A program made the translations under genes and the position numbers. From Octopus vulgaris (lineage: Eukaryota), in NCBI GenBank assembly GCA_951406725.2, contig OX597838.1:40114001-40178000 (forward strand): 64,000 nucleotides of DNA, written 5' to 3'. The notes under the pieces are model-generated. The model saw only the letters and a list, made by a program, of their open reading frames with translations, did no database searches and had not been told where the DNA came from. Within the stretch, counting starts at the first letter, position 1. Each line of letters starts with the position of its first letter. This document shows positions 37,013 through 49,396 of this stretch, one piece after another.

Positions 37013-37889
37013 CTACAATATCCAAAATAGTGTATTTGATGGCATCTAAATCACATTCTTTGACAAAAATATGTCTCAAAAAATTACTCAAGGTCCTATA
37101 TGCAATTTGGCTTCATAAGATTTAATGTCCTAAAATATAGTTTTCCAAAATATGCAATGCTGAAATTATGCTGTATCTAATGTGTGTGTCTTTTTTATGC
37201 AATCCAATACAGCAGCCTGTATTTTAAGATGTCAGGGTGTGATTTCAAAGAGTTTTAGCTGTTAATTTGAGTAGATTGAATAAGAGGAGTAGTGGAGTAG
37301 ATGGTTTTTTGTTTTTCTTATATGAGTTATTTCTCTTGGTTTATTGTTTAGCCCCAGGCCATCCGTGATGAAGCATGACCTGTGAGCTAAATAATTCTTA
37401 ACGATTATTTAAGACTACATTGTTTTTTCATTCGAGAGAGTGAAAAAGTTATTTGAGAAAATCTGGCAACAATTTCTCGTATGACAAACGGGCCTTAGAA
37501 AGGACCTTCACCATCATCAGCACCACCACATTGACTTAACTCGGACTTGATGTTGCTGTATGAAGGAGAGGTTTCTTTGCATGAATGGTTTTTCTCCCCT
37601 CTTAATACACCACACAGTGAAAACACAAGAGTAAAGAAAAATAATCTCGTTTTGGAAAGTTGGCTGAAAAGCAGTATTTATAAACGGTTGCAAGTGTCAA
37701 ATAATTATATATGTATATGTGTGCGTGTGTGGTGTTCGTGTAGTTTAGCCCCAGGTCAACCCTGACTAAGCCAGAACTGTGATCTAAGGAGTTCCAGCAA
37801 TAGCCATTCCGCGTCTAAGGTATATCTAGAAAAACATTGTTTAATTTGCCTTCATTTAGAATTTGTATTGCTATGACCAAGTGGAATCA

Positions 37890-38061
37890 TATTATATATA
37901 TATATATATATATAAAATGCCCAGGAATTTTTTTCTCGTGTATATATATATATATATATATATATAAAACGTATATATATATATATATATTTCTTTTCTC
38001 GTATATATATATATATATATATATATATGTGGGTATAAAATGCTCAGGAATTTCTTTTCTC

Positions 38062-38103
<42 letters not shown>

Positions 38104-38139
38104 GTATATATATATATATATATATATATTCTTTTCTCG

Positions 38140-38178
<39 letters not shown>

Positions 38179-38211
38179 GAGAAAAGAAATTCTTGAGCAT
38201 TTTATACCCAC
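37890..38211. repeat. (TA)n-embedded tandem and inverted repeat
   Basis: tataaaatgc(c/t)caggaattt..ttctcgtg at ~37911 and ~38035, with its reverse complement at ~38165-38210. Confidence 0.8.
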
Positions 38212-38572
38212 AAGTTACAAAATTGACAGCATCTAGTTATGCCATAAGACACCCTTCAAAAAAAAAAAAACAAAAAAAAAACAGTATGTCAGGTGCAAAT
38301 ACCAAAGGTGGTAGCAATCAAGGTCCTTTGCTACAGTCACACATACACAATTAAGGCGAAGCAATCGGAACGGAAAGAGGGAGATAAAATAGTAACTCTC
38401 TATCCACACGCACAATCGCACACTAAGACAGTTGAAAAGATAAGAACGGCTGCACTTCTACCCCAACTGCTAAACAGAAAATGGTAAAAGGGAAATCCTA
38501 CGGTAAGAATGTTGAAATGACGATATTTTCATTTGAAAATTCATGTAAAAAACATACATCTACATATACATC

Positions 38573-38621
<49 letters not shown>

Positions 38622-39465
38622 TTCAGCAAAATTTAGATTCAAATGAATATGGTACTTAATTTAGATGCACCAGAATTTTGTATGGTGTTATCCATGTAAA
38701 TCCATGGGGTGATTATAATCAAAATAAGCAACAAGAAATTTCCAAATTACCGAAGTTATTCTTGTTGCTTATTTTGGTTATATATATATATATATATACA
38801 CACATACACATACACCTCACTTTGGGGTTTGGTACAATGATCGAAAAGAAAGGGTTTTCAAGTAAAACTGCAGTTATCAAAAGAAGGAGTTAAAAAAAAA
38901 AACCCTCTCAATTATGTATTCACTAAATTATCATACCTGGATTACAGATTTTTGAAAAATATATATACACAGCAGCACTGTACATGTGTGCATATATAAA
39001 TATATGTCTATGTATTTATAGACACATATACACAGAGAATATAGATTTAGAGGTTTGGGCTTTTGCTTACCAAATCATGACGAGAAGGAAAGAGAGGCAT
39101 TTCAGATTTTTGCTCTTAAAAGGGTTGAGAAGCAAAGTTTTGCTCGGTTACCACATTGCGTTGCCTGTAGTTAGCAGGCTGCGAGTTGATGAAAAGGGTC
39201 AGCATTGGTAAAGGTAAAGAGAAAAACAAATAGAGTATAGAGATGGAAGAGTAAGAACTGCTTCGAAATGAAACAAACAGCAGTTTTTCCTCGTTTTTTT
39301 TCCGTCCTAAATGACTCCAAGCTGACAAGCTGACATTGGTGGTGGATGTCAACAAAAGGGAGACAACTGCTTATTGCTTCTTGACACAAAAGAGTTCGCA
39401 TATTGCATTTCCGAAATGGAGATATTTCCCCCTTTTTTATTATATTCTCTTTTTCTCTTTTTCTC

Positions 39466-39868
39466 TCTTTTTACTTGTTTCAGTCATTTGACTGCGGCCA
39501 TGCTGGAGCACCGCCTTTAATCGAGCAACTCGACCCCGGGACTTATTCTTTTGTAAGCCCAGTACTTATTCTATCGGTCTCTTTTGCCGAACCGCTAAGT
39601 GACGGGGACGTAAACACACCAGCATCGGTTGTCAAGCAATGCTAGGGGAACAAACACAGACACACAAACATATTCACACACACTTATATATATATACATA
39701 TATACGACAGGCTTCTTTCAGTTTCCGTCTACCAAATCCACTCACAAGGCATTGGTCGGCCCGGGGCTATAGCAGAAGACACTTGCCCAAGATGCCACGC
39801 AGTGGGACTGAACCCGCAACCATGTAGTTGGTTAGCAAGCTACTTACCACACAGCCACTCCTGCGCCT
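39466..39868 (-). mobile_element. tRNA-derived SINE, family A
   Basis: Minus strand starts ggcgcaggagTGGCTGTGTGG (A box), has GGTTCAGTCCC (B box), and ends ggcggtgctccagcatggccgcagtcaaatgactgaaacaagtaaaa. Confidence 0.9.
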
Positions 39869-39941
39869 ATATAAAGATTTTTTTTAAATTTCAGGCTTAC
39901 TTTCCTGTAAACGTAGGGGAAAAAATTAATGAACCATATTT

Positions 39942-40283
39942 GGCGATCTTACGGTATATATATCGGTGTACTTCCGGAAGTACCGGATACATTTTAGAAA
40001 AGTGTTTTTTTTTTTTATATATATGGAGGGGGGGTTGTGTTAGGGTTAGGGTTTCTGTTCAGGTTGGGTTAGGGGTGGGAGAAAAGGGTTTCTGTTATCT
40101 TCAGAAATGTAAACAAAGTCACGTGTGTACATATACCGAAGCATCGCCACGTATTCTAACCCTAACCCTAACCCAAACCCTAACCGTAACCCTAACCCCC
40201 CCCCATATATAAAAAAAAAACACTTTTTTGAAATGTATCCGGTACTTCCGGAAGTACTCCGGTACATATACCGTAAGATCGCT
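39942..40283. mobile_element. MITE with long imperfect TIRs containing TTAGGG/CCCTAA repeats, 8-bp TSD ccatattt
   Basis: gcgatcttacggtata...tacttccggaagtaccggatacattt is mirrored at the right end. ccatattt lies at 39934-39941 and 40284-40291. Confidence 0.85.
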
Positions 40284-40710
40284 CCATATTTTCCATTCTG
40301 TACTTGTTCACAAACTATCTGTTACATGTATTTTATGTTATTCTGGAGTAGACTGAAAGTTCCGGGCGTTTTTTTCTTTGAGACAATTGAGATTCTTCGA
40401 GTCATGATTGTAATATTTTTTCTCTTTACTTTCTGATTTCAAATCTAGCTAAATTTAACTTTGCTTTCATTCTTCCCGGATAAATAACATAAAGCTCCAG
40501 TCAAATGCTAAGGGTCAATGTAGTCGATTAACAGTCTCCTATAAATTACTGGCCTTGTGTCTATATTAGACACAAACGAAGGTAGTGGATTAACGGTCCT
40601 TTATATTCAAATCCTGCCAAAGTCAGTTTTAATTTCCGTCGTTGAGGAAATAAAATTAAGCACTCCTCCTCATTTTTGTGACCCTCTTTCACTTTCAGAA
40701 ATCAATTTTA

Positions 40711-41053
40711 GGATCTTTTCGGTTTGAACGGCAGTTTTTCTAGCGGTGTCATATGAAATTGCCACCCATAATTATGACCCTAGTATCGATCTATTGCATT
40801 TCAATCTATTTTAGGGTTAGGGTTAGGGTTAGGGGTGGGGGAAGGGTATCTTTTTTTCTTCACAAATGTAAATAAACCCAATCTGTTTCTTAAACGCGTA
40901 ACATATTCATACGGCACAGAATGTTTTTTACCTCAATAGATGTCATTGATTGGTTGAAATTGCAGAAATTGAAGAAAAAAAAACAAATATCTTACAAACT
41001 ATAGAATTTTCAAGAAATTATGTTAAAAACTGCCGTTCAAACCGAAAAGATCC
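40711..41053. mobile_element. MITE with 29-bp TIR ggatcttttcggtttgaacggcagttttt and internal (TTAGGG)n
   Basis: Perfect TIRs; flanks caatttta/aaatttta match at 7/8. A second copy is at 63357-63751. Confidence 0.9.
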
Positions 41054-41464
41054 AAATTTTATTGTAGGTAAACTGAAAGTTGTGGTTTACACGGTAATCT
41101 CTCCACCTACTGACTTTGTGCTGCTGAAGTTTCAATATCAGATCAATTCTCGAGAAAGGCATATCATTCACTTGAATTTCTCGCTCCTATAACATAGAGA
41201 CCGTTCATTGTAACACTGTTAATGTTGTTTTTTAGCTTCAAGTCAGTCCCAACAGAGCAGGAGACCTATGGTAAAAGATGTTCCGTTTGTGATCATCCAG
41301 TCTTTTTCATTATTTAATGTGTTTTTCCATTTTTATCCTCTTTGTTGATCATTGTTTCCGTAGTTTTGGTGTAAGATTTGTCAAGGGGTAGATTTATTCG
41401 TGATGTAAAATTATTATGGATTAAGATGGTTGCGTATGTTATAGCAAGAACGAAAAATACTCAC

Positions 41465-42480
41465 GAATATTTAACAATAGATTTATTTAAGATGATATTC
41501 AGTGGTAGAGGGACGTAGGTGTAGCGGTAATTCAAAACCAAATCGCTAGGTAACCGGTCATACATCACGACCGAACCACCATATTTTCACGTGATCGGTC
41601 TATTAAGCAACCAATTAGTGTCAAACCATCGCGTGATTTATCCTTCTATAATCTTCTTGTACCCAATAAAAAAGTCACTTTTGGTGCCAGCACTCTATGC
41701 AGTGTATTAAGAGCAACTGACTCATTCACGCGCCTCACTTCTTGCTTGGCAGAATTTTGAGGTATCAGAACGATATGTCTCTCCATTCTTACCACATCAA
41801 ACGGTTCTCGGTATTTGCGCAAACACATCCGGGTTCTTGGACAGGCCGAATTACAATGTCTCGTAACTTCTTCGAACACAGGGCGGTTTTGCCTTGCCCT
41901 CTAAGTATGTAACTACTGTTGTTATCTGTAAAAGGCCAAGTTTAACTCGATGTGCAGTAATAACATTTTCTGTTAAACGTTCGCGGCTGTTGTCAGTTAC
42001 TTCTTCACGCAACCTAATAAACACATTTTCATTCATCACTCATCAGTCATTCAACCAGTCATCACTCCAGGCCAGCCAACAAACATACTCGTGACAGATT
42101 TCAGGGATCGACTTTCCTGGTGTTTAAATTCTATTGTCATTAAAGGAAAGGGAGATATGAGTTTTTCGAATCTACTCGCATTTCTGATTTGTTTGCAGCG
42201 AGAAGTGAAATAACGTGTATTTAACTGTGTTACTCAGCCATTAATTATCTTGAAGAATGTGAAACAGTTGAGTCGTGTTGAAGCTTGTCTTTGCTATGCC
42301 TAGCAAGAGCCAAGTTGTGTTCTTTTCGGGTGCCACCAGAGCTCTGTGAATATTTTAGCGGCAAACTCCTGGAGAAAAAGGGCGCGAATTGACATGATGG
42401 TCCAACTTGTAGCGCGATCTCCAGCAAGCCGATTGGTCGATAAATAGCGTGTTCAAGTGAAGATCTCATGCCTAAACCGT
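41465..42480. promoter_or_regulatory. Unique, relatively CpG-rich segment with promoter-like motifs and a minus-strand splice donor; candidate promoter or first exon
   Basis: CACGTG (~41588), CCAAT (~41611), GGCGCGAA (~42381), ATTGG (~42432), and minus-strand attc|GTGAGT at 41465/41464. Motif-level evidence only. Confidence 0.35.
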
Positions 42481-43556
42481 GGCTGTCTTATGATAGTGAA
42501 CTGACAATTCAGAAAAAAAAAGAAAAAAAATAGGAACCGAATCCTAGGACTCATAGTAGATTATTATGAATTAGGCCGGGTTACATGCATTGTAAAGAGG
42601 ACCGAAACTCGGGGACAGTTTGTAAGATATTTATTTACGGGAAGGTTGTACATATATGCATGGATTTTCAGATACTCACTGTAGAAACTTGGAATATAGG
42701 GATCGATCATATAGGCACATTGATCATCTCTCCACAATTACTCACAAGTTTACCTCATTCGGCAGGGAGATAAGTCCTGAGATCCTCTCCACTGGTCGGA
42801 CTTTACATGGAAAACAACTTCCTGTGTGGTCCTAATCTAGATCTGCCTCTTTCTTTTAACATCCAGAAGAGCATCACCACACTCAGGCACTTTGCATGCC
42901 CAAGATCCACAAGAAGTCTAACTCTCGTGGGACTTCTAGTTAAGGTATCTTTACCACCCTTCTTCCCTCTGTGCGGCGGAGGGTCTCTTAGTGCTCAACT
43001 GCTTGGGCTGCAATGACTTCAACCTTGCCGAATTTCCTTACTCTAGATATATGCCCGGTGTCCTGCCATATATCGCGAAGGACCATTTCTATTCGGATGT
43101 TAGTGGATGTCTGATTTAACATTGATGCATCAAAATATAACAGTTTTTCTAGTAATAGCTAGACTTTTAGGAGAAGTTGGGGTGGAGTTAAGCTCTTCTC
43201 TCTTCGATTTTCTTAAAATTAGCGGATCTATTGAATTTGACGACCAGATCTTTTAGTTTTTTTTTTTTTAAACTAAACACTTTGAAACTTCGGATACTGG
43301 TAGAATGTATCACATAGAACAGGGTTTACTTTTAACGTTTTTGTCAAAGTTTTGTACTTTAGAAGTTATTTCGTGTTAAAGTTGTCGTATTTGGGTAATT
43401 TCACCCAATCAAAGACGTGTAATCAGCTGAAGAAATTTACTGCTGTTGTTTGCGAACAACTTCCGGGTCCATTTCACACACACACACACACACACATTAA
43501 TAATAGACAGAAGTTACAGAGCGACAATGGCCAAATTCGTGTCTGATAAGTACCAA

Positions 43557-43659
<103 letters not shown>

Positions 43660-44260
43660 GATGATATATATACATACATATATGTGTAAAAAAAATCTCA
43701 TCATGCAATCGAACCAATGAAGGAGCCTCTACCTGCTCGCTCGACATGCTAAAAATAGCAGCCAAAGTATCCTCTACCTAACTCACACGCTCATTGTACG
43801 TAATGCCCTAGATTATCCCTAAAAAGACGGTTTGCTGAACGCTGGAATGTCTTTGATGATAGGTTTGCTGTATCAGGGTTGATTTGAGGCTAAATAACAA
43901 GAAAATTATAGTAAATTTCTATATTAACACCTGCAAGACTTTCACTAAGAAAAAAAAAACATGGATTTTTTTACGTAGAATCAAGTACCCTGACCTCCTA
44001 ATATGCTGTAAATCCCTTATTTGGGTTCGGAAACAAGGGTGGGAGGATCGCCTCCCTCCATCCTAGAATCAGTGGAAATTTTCTTTTTCATTGACCTAAT
44101 ATGCTACAAAACGCTTTTTGGGGTCCGAAAAACGGGTTGGGGTAAGGTGGAAGTCTTGGAAATCCCCCCCCCCATTGATCTTTTCATCCGCACGATTTTC
44201 ACTAAGGACCATCACCGGCAGATATGTATATAATGTATATATATATATAAAACATTGGCT

Positions 44261-44492
44261 AAAGGCGGCGGGCTGGTAGAATCGTTAGCACGCCAGGCGA
44301 AATGCGTAGCCGTATTTCGTCTGCCGCTACGTCCTGGGTTCAAATTCCGCCGAGGTCGACTTAGCCTTCCATCCTCTCGGGGTCGATAACTTAAGTACCA
44401 GTTGCGCATTGGGGTCGATATAATCGACTTAATCCGTTTGTCTGTCCTTGTTTGTCCCCTCTGTGTTTAGCCCCTTGTGGGTAGTAAAGAAA
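44261..44492 (+). mobile_element. tRNA-derived SINE, family B (mirror copy at ~45301-45532 on the minus strand)
   Basis: ggcggcgggctggtagaatcgttagc...GGTTCAAATTCC (B box)...gccttccatcctctcggggtcgataa..aagtaccag. Confidence 0.8.
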
Positions 44493-44885
44493 TCTTTATA
44501 TATAAAAATAAGGTTGTGTGTCTGTCTCCTACGATTTAGATTCTTAACTACTCCCACATTTTGCGGTGCAGTTTAACCAAAACCGGGTATCTTATAGCCG
44601 TGATTCATATCGAGCCCTTCTGGGTATTAGCGCGCGTCTACGATGAGTCTACGATTTAAAATAAAAATTACCATCATTTTTTTCCATTTTAATGCATTTT
44701 TCGCTATTATATAAGGGAAGTAACTCTATAAAAATGTCTACGATGAGTCAACGATTTAAAAAAAAATTTACCATAATTTTTTTCCATTTTTAATGCATTT
44801 TTTGCTATTTTTTGGCTATAACTCTAAAAATGCTTATATAGTTATTTCCCTTACAAACCCGAGCAACGCCGGGCGATACTTCTAG
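44493..44885 (+). mobile_element. Non-autonomous Helitron
   Basis: A|TC 5' end, subterminal hairpin cccgagcaacgccggg, CTAG|T 3' end, no TSD. Confidence 0.85.
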
Positions 44886-44905
44886 TATATATATATATAT
44901 ATATA

Positions 44906-45300
44906 CTAGAAGTATCGCCCGGCGTTGCTCGGGTTTGTAAGGGAAATAACTATATAAGCATTTTTAGAGTTATAGCCAAAAAATAGCAAAAAATGCATTA
45001 AAAATGGAAAAAAATTATGGTAAATTTTTTTTTTAAATCGTTGACTCATCGTAGACATTTTTATAGAGTTACTTCCCTTATATAATAGCGAAAAAATGCA
45101 TTAAAATGGAAAAAAATGATGGTAATTTTTATTTTAAATCGTAGACTCATCGTAGACGCGCGCTAATACCCAGAAGGGCTCGATATGAATCACGACTATA
45201 AGATACCCGGTTTTGGTTAAACTGCACCGCAAAATGTGGGAGTAGTTAAGAATCTAAATCGTAGGAGACAGACACACAACCTTATTTTTATATATAAAGA
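44906..45300 (-). mobile_element. Non-autonomous Helitron (mirror copy in the palindrome)
   Basis: Reverse complement of 44493-44885. Confidence 0.85.
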
Positions 45301-45474
45301 TTTCTTTACTACCCACAAGGGGCTAAACACAGAGGGGACAAACAAGGACAGACAAACGGATTAAGTCGATTATATCGACCCCAATGCGCAACTGGTACTT
45401 AATTTATCGACCCCGAGAGGATGGAAGGCTAAGTCGACCTCGGCGGAATTTGAACCCAGGACGTAGCGGCAGAC

Positions 45475-45661
45475 GAAATACGGCTACGCATTTCGCCTGG
45501 CGTGCTAACGATTCTACCAGCCCGCCGCCTTTAGCCAATGTTTTATATATATATATACATTATATACATATCTGCCGGTGATGGTCCTTAGTGAAAATAT
45601 AACATTGGCACTTATCAAACACGAATTTGGCCATTGTCACTCAGTAACTTCTGCCTATTAA

Positions 45662-45743
<82 letters not shown>

Positions 45744-46123
45744 ATAACAATAGACAGAAGTTACAGTGATAATGGCCAAATTCTTTCGCTTGTTACATTA
45801 ACCCTTTAGCATTCAGATTACTCTGTCAAATGTAAAGCCTGTTTAATTACATTGTTTTAAATTAATTGTACAGCATCGTGTAACTCTGGGATTTTGATGA
45901 TGACCCTGTTTATTTTTAGAATGACTTTGTAGGGTAGAAATACGGCTACGCATTTCGCCTGGCGTGCTAACGATTCTACCAGCCCGCCGCCTTTAGCCAA
46001 TGTTTTATATATATATATACATTATATACATATCTGCCGGTGATGGTCCTTAGTGAAAATATAACATTGGCACTTATCAAACACGAATTTGGCCATTGTC
46101 ACTCAGTAACTTCTGCCTATTAA

Positions 46124-46183
<60 letters not shown>

Positions 46184-46377
46184 ATAACAATAGACAGAAG
46201 TTACAGTGATAATGGCCAAATTCTTTCGCTTGTTACATTAACCCTTTAGCATTCAGATTACTCTGTCAAATGTAAAGCCTGTTTAATTACATTGTTTTAA
46301 ATTAATTGTACAGCATCTTGTAACTCTGGGATTTTGATGATGACCCTGTTTATTTTTAGAATGACTTTGTAGGGTAG
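45475..46377. repeat. Tandem duplication of ~450 bp (45475-45937 and 45937-46377)
   Basis: gaaatacggctacgcatttcgcc...gactttgtagggtag occurs twice; the copies differ mainly in (TA)n length. Confidence 0.9.
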
Positions 46378-46461
46378 GTGTGAGAGGTCAGAGCTGGCTG
46401 GTTTGAGAATAAAACAGGAAGACACTTTTGGCCTAATATGGCCGCCTTAAACCCTAAAGGG
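46242..46461. mobile_element. piggyBac-type MITE
   Basis: TTAA|CCCTTTAG...CTAAAGGG|TTAA. A truncated duplicate lies at ~45802-45937. Confidence 0.75.
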
Positions 46462-46474
46462 TTAAAAGAATTCT

Positions 46475-46987
<513 letters not shown>

Positions 46988-47004
46988 ATATATATATATA
47001 TATA

Positions 47005-47516
47005 TCTATATATATAAAACTCTAGTTGTGTGAGTGTCTGTCCCCTTCGATTTAGATTCCTAACTACTCCCACATTTTGCGGTGCAGTTTAACCAAATTC
47101 GGGTATCTTATAGTCGTGATTCATATTGGGCCCGTCTGAGTATTAGCGCGCGTCTACGATGAGTCTACGATTTTAAAAATAATTTAACATCATTTTTTAT
47201 TCCATTTTAATGCATAATTTTTCGTGTGTCGATGGCGGCGGAGTTGGCGTCCATGGTCACACCTGCACCTGTTTGCTTCTCCCCCTTCTTCCCTCCCTCG
47301 TGAAGCTGTGGGGAAGGGTGTGTAAGGAAATCAACGTCGTAAAGCGTTGTCAAGGAGACCAGCGTTTTTTAGAACAACGACTTCATGGCTTGAAGACACC
47401 AAAACAGAAATGGCTAAGAAAGCCCGAATTGGCATCTATAAGGGAAGTAACTCTCTAAAAATGCTTATATAGTTATTTCCCTTACAAACCCGAGCAACGC
47501 CGGGCGATACTGCTAG
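47005..47516 (+). mobile_element. Non-autonomous Helitron with an extra internal segment
   Basis: A|TC start, same body as the 44493 copy, hairpin cccgagcaacgccggg and CTAG|T end. About 210 bp of different sequence at ~47220-47435. Confidence 0.85.
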
Positions 47517-48156
47517 TATATATATAAAGCGAAAGAAGCTTTGCTTCTGTTGCTGTTGTTGGTATCGGTAGTTAATGCCAGTTGTTGTTTCTGCTTTCGC
47601 TGTCACGGCTGTTCCCATTTCTTCCCCTGCTGCTATTGACTTTGCTGTTACCGCTGCTCCTGCCACTCCCACTGCCACTTTGGCTATTTTCGCTAACGCT
47701 GTTGCGCCTGCTACTCTCGTTGCCACCGTTACTCTCCTTTGCAGCTACAGCAGTTGGTCTTTGATCTGTGGATCTCGCCTTCCATGGCCAGAATGCCGTC
47801 ATCCCTACCATTGCTGTTGTTGTTGCTGCTGTTGCTGCTACTACACTGCTTTGATGTTGTTATTGTTCTCGAACCGTCGTTCTCTAAATCAAGGTGGTAG
47901 TGATGTGAAGTCTTCTCGCTTCCTCCTCACAGAAACAGGTTTGGGTGTTAGCGCCGCCATAATTTCAAATGGCAAAATACAGGCGAAAATGAAATAATAT
48001 TGCAACAATTGTACCTTTTAAGGCACAATTTGGCGCTTCCCGCTTTCACTAGTAAATTACGGACAGGGTGTATTTAGAGTTGTAACAAAATTTAATAAGT
48101 ATCGGAGATGTACTTGCATAGCAAGTGATTTGATCTGAGATCGTGTGCTGGAACGA

Positions 48157-48336
48157 AAACAATTGCAGAGTGGAAGGTGTTTGTAACCGTGCAGCACGGA
48201 TTTTTGTCAGTGAACAGGTCGCGGTCTTAAAGCGACGAAAATATTTTGACAAATTAAACTTAAATGTTGAAGTGAATCGAACGGCTTTTGTGTGTTTCTT
48301 AAAAGGCTTATAAACACCTTCCACGCTGCAATTGTT
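48157..48336. mobile_element. Short inverted-repeat element (MITE-like)
   Basis: aaacaattgcagagtggaaggtgtttgtaa ... ttataaacaccttccacgctgcaattgttt, a 30-bp IR with 2 mismatches. Confidence 0.65.
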
Positions 48337-48834
48337 TAATAAGTATCCTCTGGGTGAAAAGTCTGGCTGCATACACGTCAGCATATGTCAGGTGCATACA
48401 ATTGACAACACAGTTAATTAAGATTTATTCAGTGAGTTCTATTCAACACATGTTTACACGTGGAATTAGCAGAATCATTATTAACTTTAGGTGACTCGCA
48501 GGCGAGGTGAACAAATTAGTGAGAGTGATAGACTGGCAATACTTCTACGCCGTCTTGCAAATTAAAGATGGGGGTCTTGGGAAGAGCAATCTGAGCGGAA
48601 AATTCGTGGATGTATTCAACGTCAAACTCGTGTTCGGCGTCAAATAGTTGACTGTCGTGGTGGTAACAGATTCGTGTAATAAATTTTGTGTTTATTTTTG
48701 TTTCATAATATATAGTTTTTCGGATGCAGCCATACTTTTTACACAAAATTCAACAAAATTTCGTGGCCGAAGTGAGCATGAGTGAACACAGCAATAATGA
48801 TGCTGATGATGACGATGATGATAGTAATAATAAT

Positions 48835-49125
48835 CCTTTTACTATAGGCACAAGACCTGAAATTTGGGGGAGGGGGTAAGTAGACTACATCGATCCCAGT
48901 GCTTCACTGGTACTTCATTTATCGACCCCGAAACGCTGAAAAGTAAAGTCGACCTCCAAGGTATTTCGTCTGTCGTTTACGTTCTGAGTTCAAATTCTGC
49001 TGAGGTCGACTTTTCCTTTCGTCTTTCCGGGGTCGTTAAATTAAGTACCAGTGAAACTCTCAGGTCGATGTAATCGACTTACTCCCTTCCCCTTAAAAAT
49101 TTCTGGCCATGTGCCTGAAGAAAGA
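48835..49125. mobile_element. Two SINE family B 3' modules in opposite orientations
   Basis: Minus-strand ggggtcgataaatgaagtaccag at ~48905-48930 and plus-strand ggggtcgttaaattaagtaccag at ~49029-49051. Confidence 0.7.
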
Positions 49126-49194
<69 letters not shown>

Positions 49195-49303
49195 TATGTA
49201 CACGGACTTTTTTCAAACGGGCAAACCCTTTGTAACTTTCGTCCTGTGTTTTGTCCCTTTATGTTTTAATTGATTTTTGTTAGCCCTTGTGGCCAATAAA
49301 CGA

Positions 49304-49395
<92 letters not shown>
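49126..49395. repeat. (ATT)n/(AAT)n microsatellites with a short interruption
   Basis: Directly visible. Confidence 0.9.

Positions 49396-49396
<1 letters not shown>

Larger units (their letters stand above)
44195..45598. repeat. 1.4-kb near-perfect palindrome centred on (TA)10
   Basis: Arms 44195-44885 and 44906-45598 are reverse complements; I spotted only about 2 substitutions and 2 homopolymer indels. Confidence 0.95.

Noticed and set aside
40165-40200. CTAACCCTAA as a telomerase RNA template or a true telomere remnant
   Set aside because: It lies inside a TIR/TSD-bounded MITE, and I saw no pseudoknot or H/ACA context.
42095-42120. tttcagggatc resembling the U3 snoRNA 5' box
   Set aside because: The match is too short and boxes B, C and D were not found.
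47436-47997. Ala/Thr/Val-rich 96-140 aa ORFs
   Set aside because: Low-complexity (GCT/GTT)n-derived sequence open in several frames, with no domain signal.
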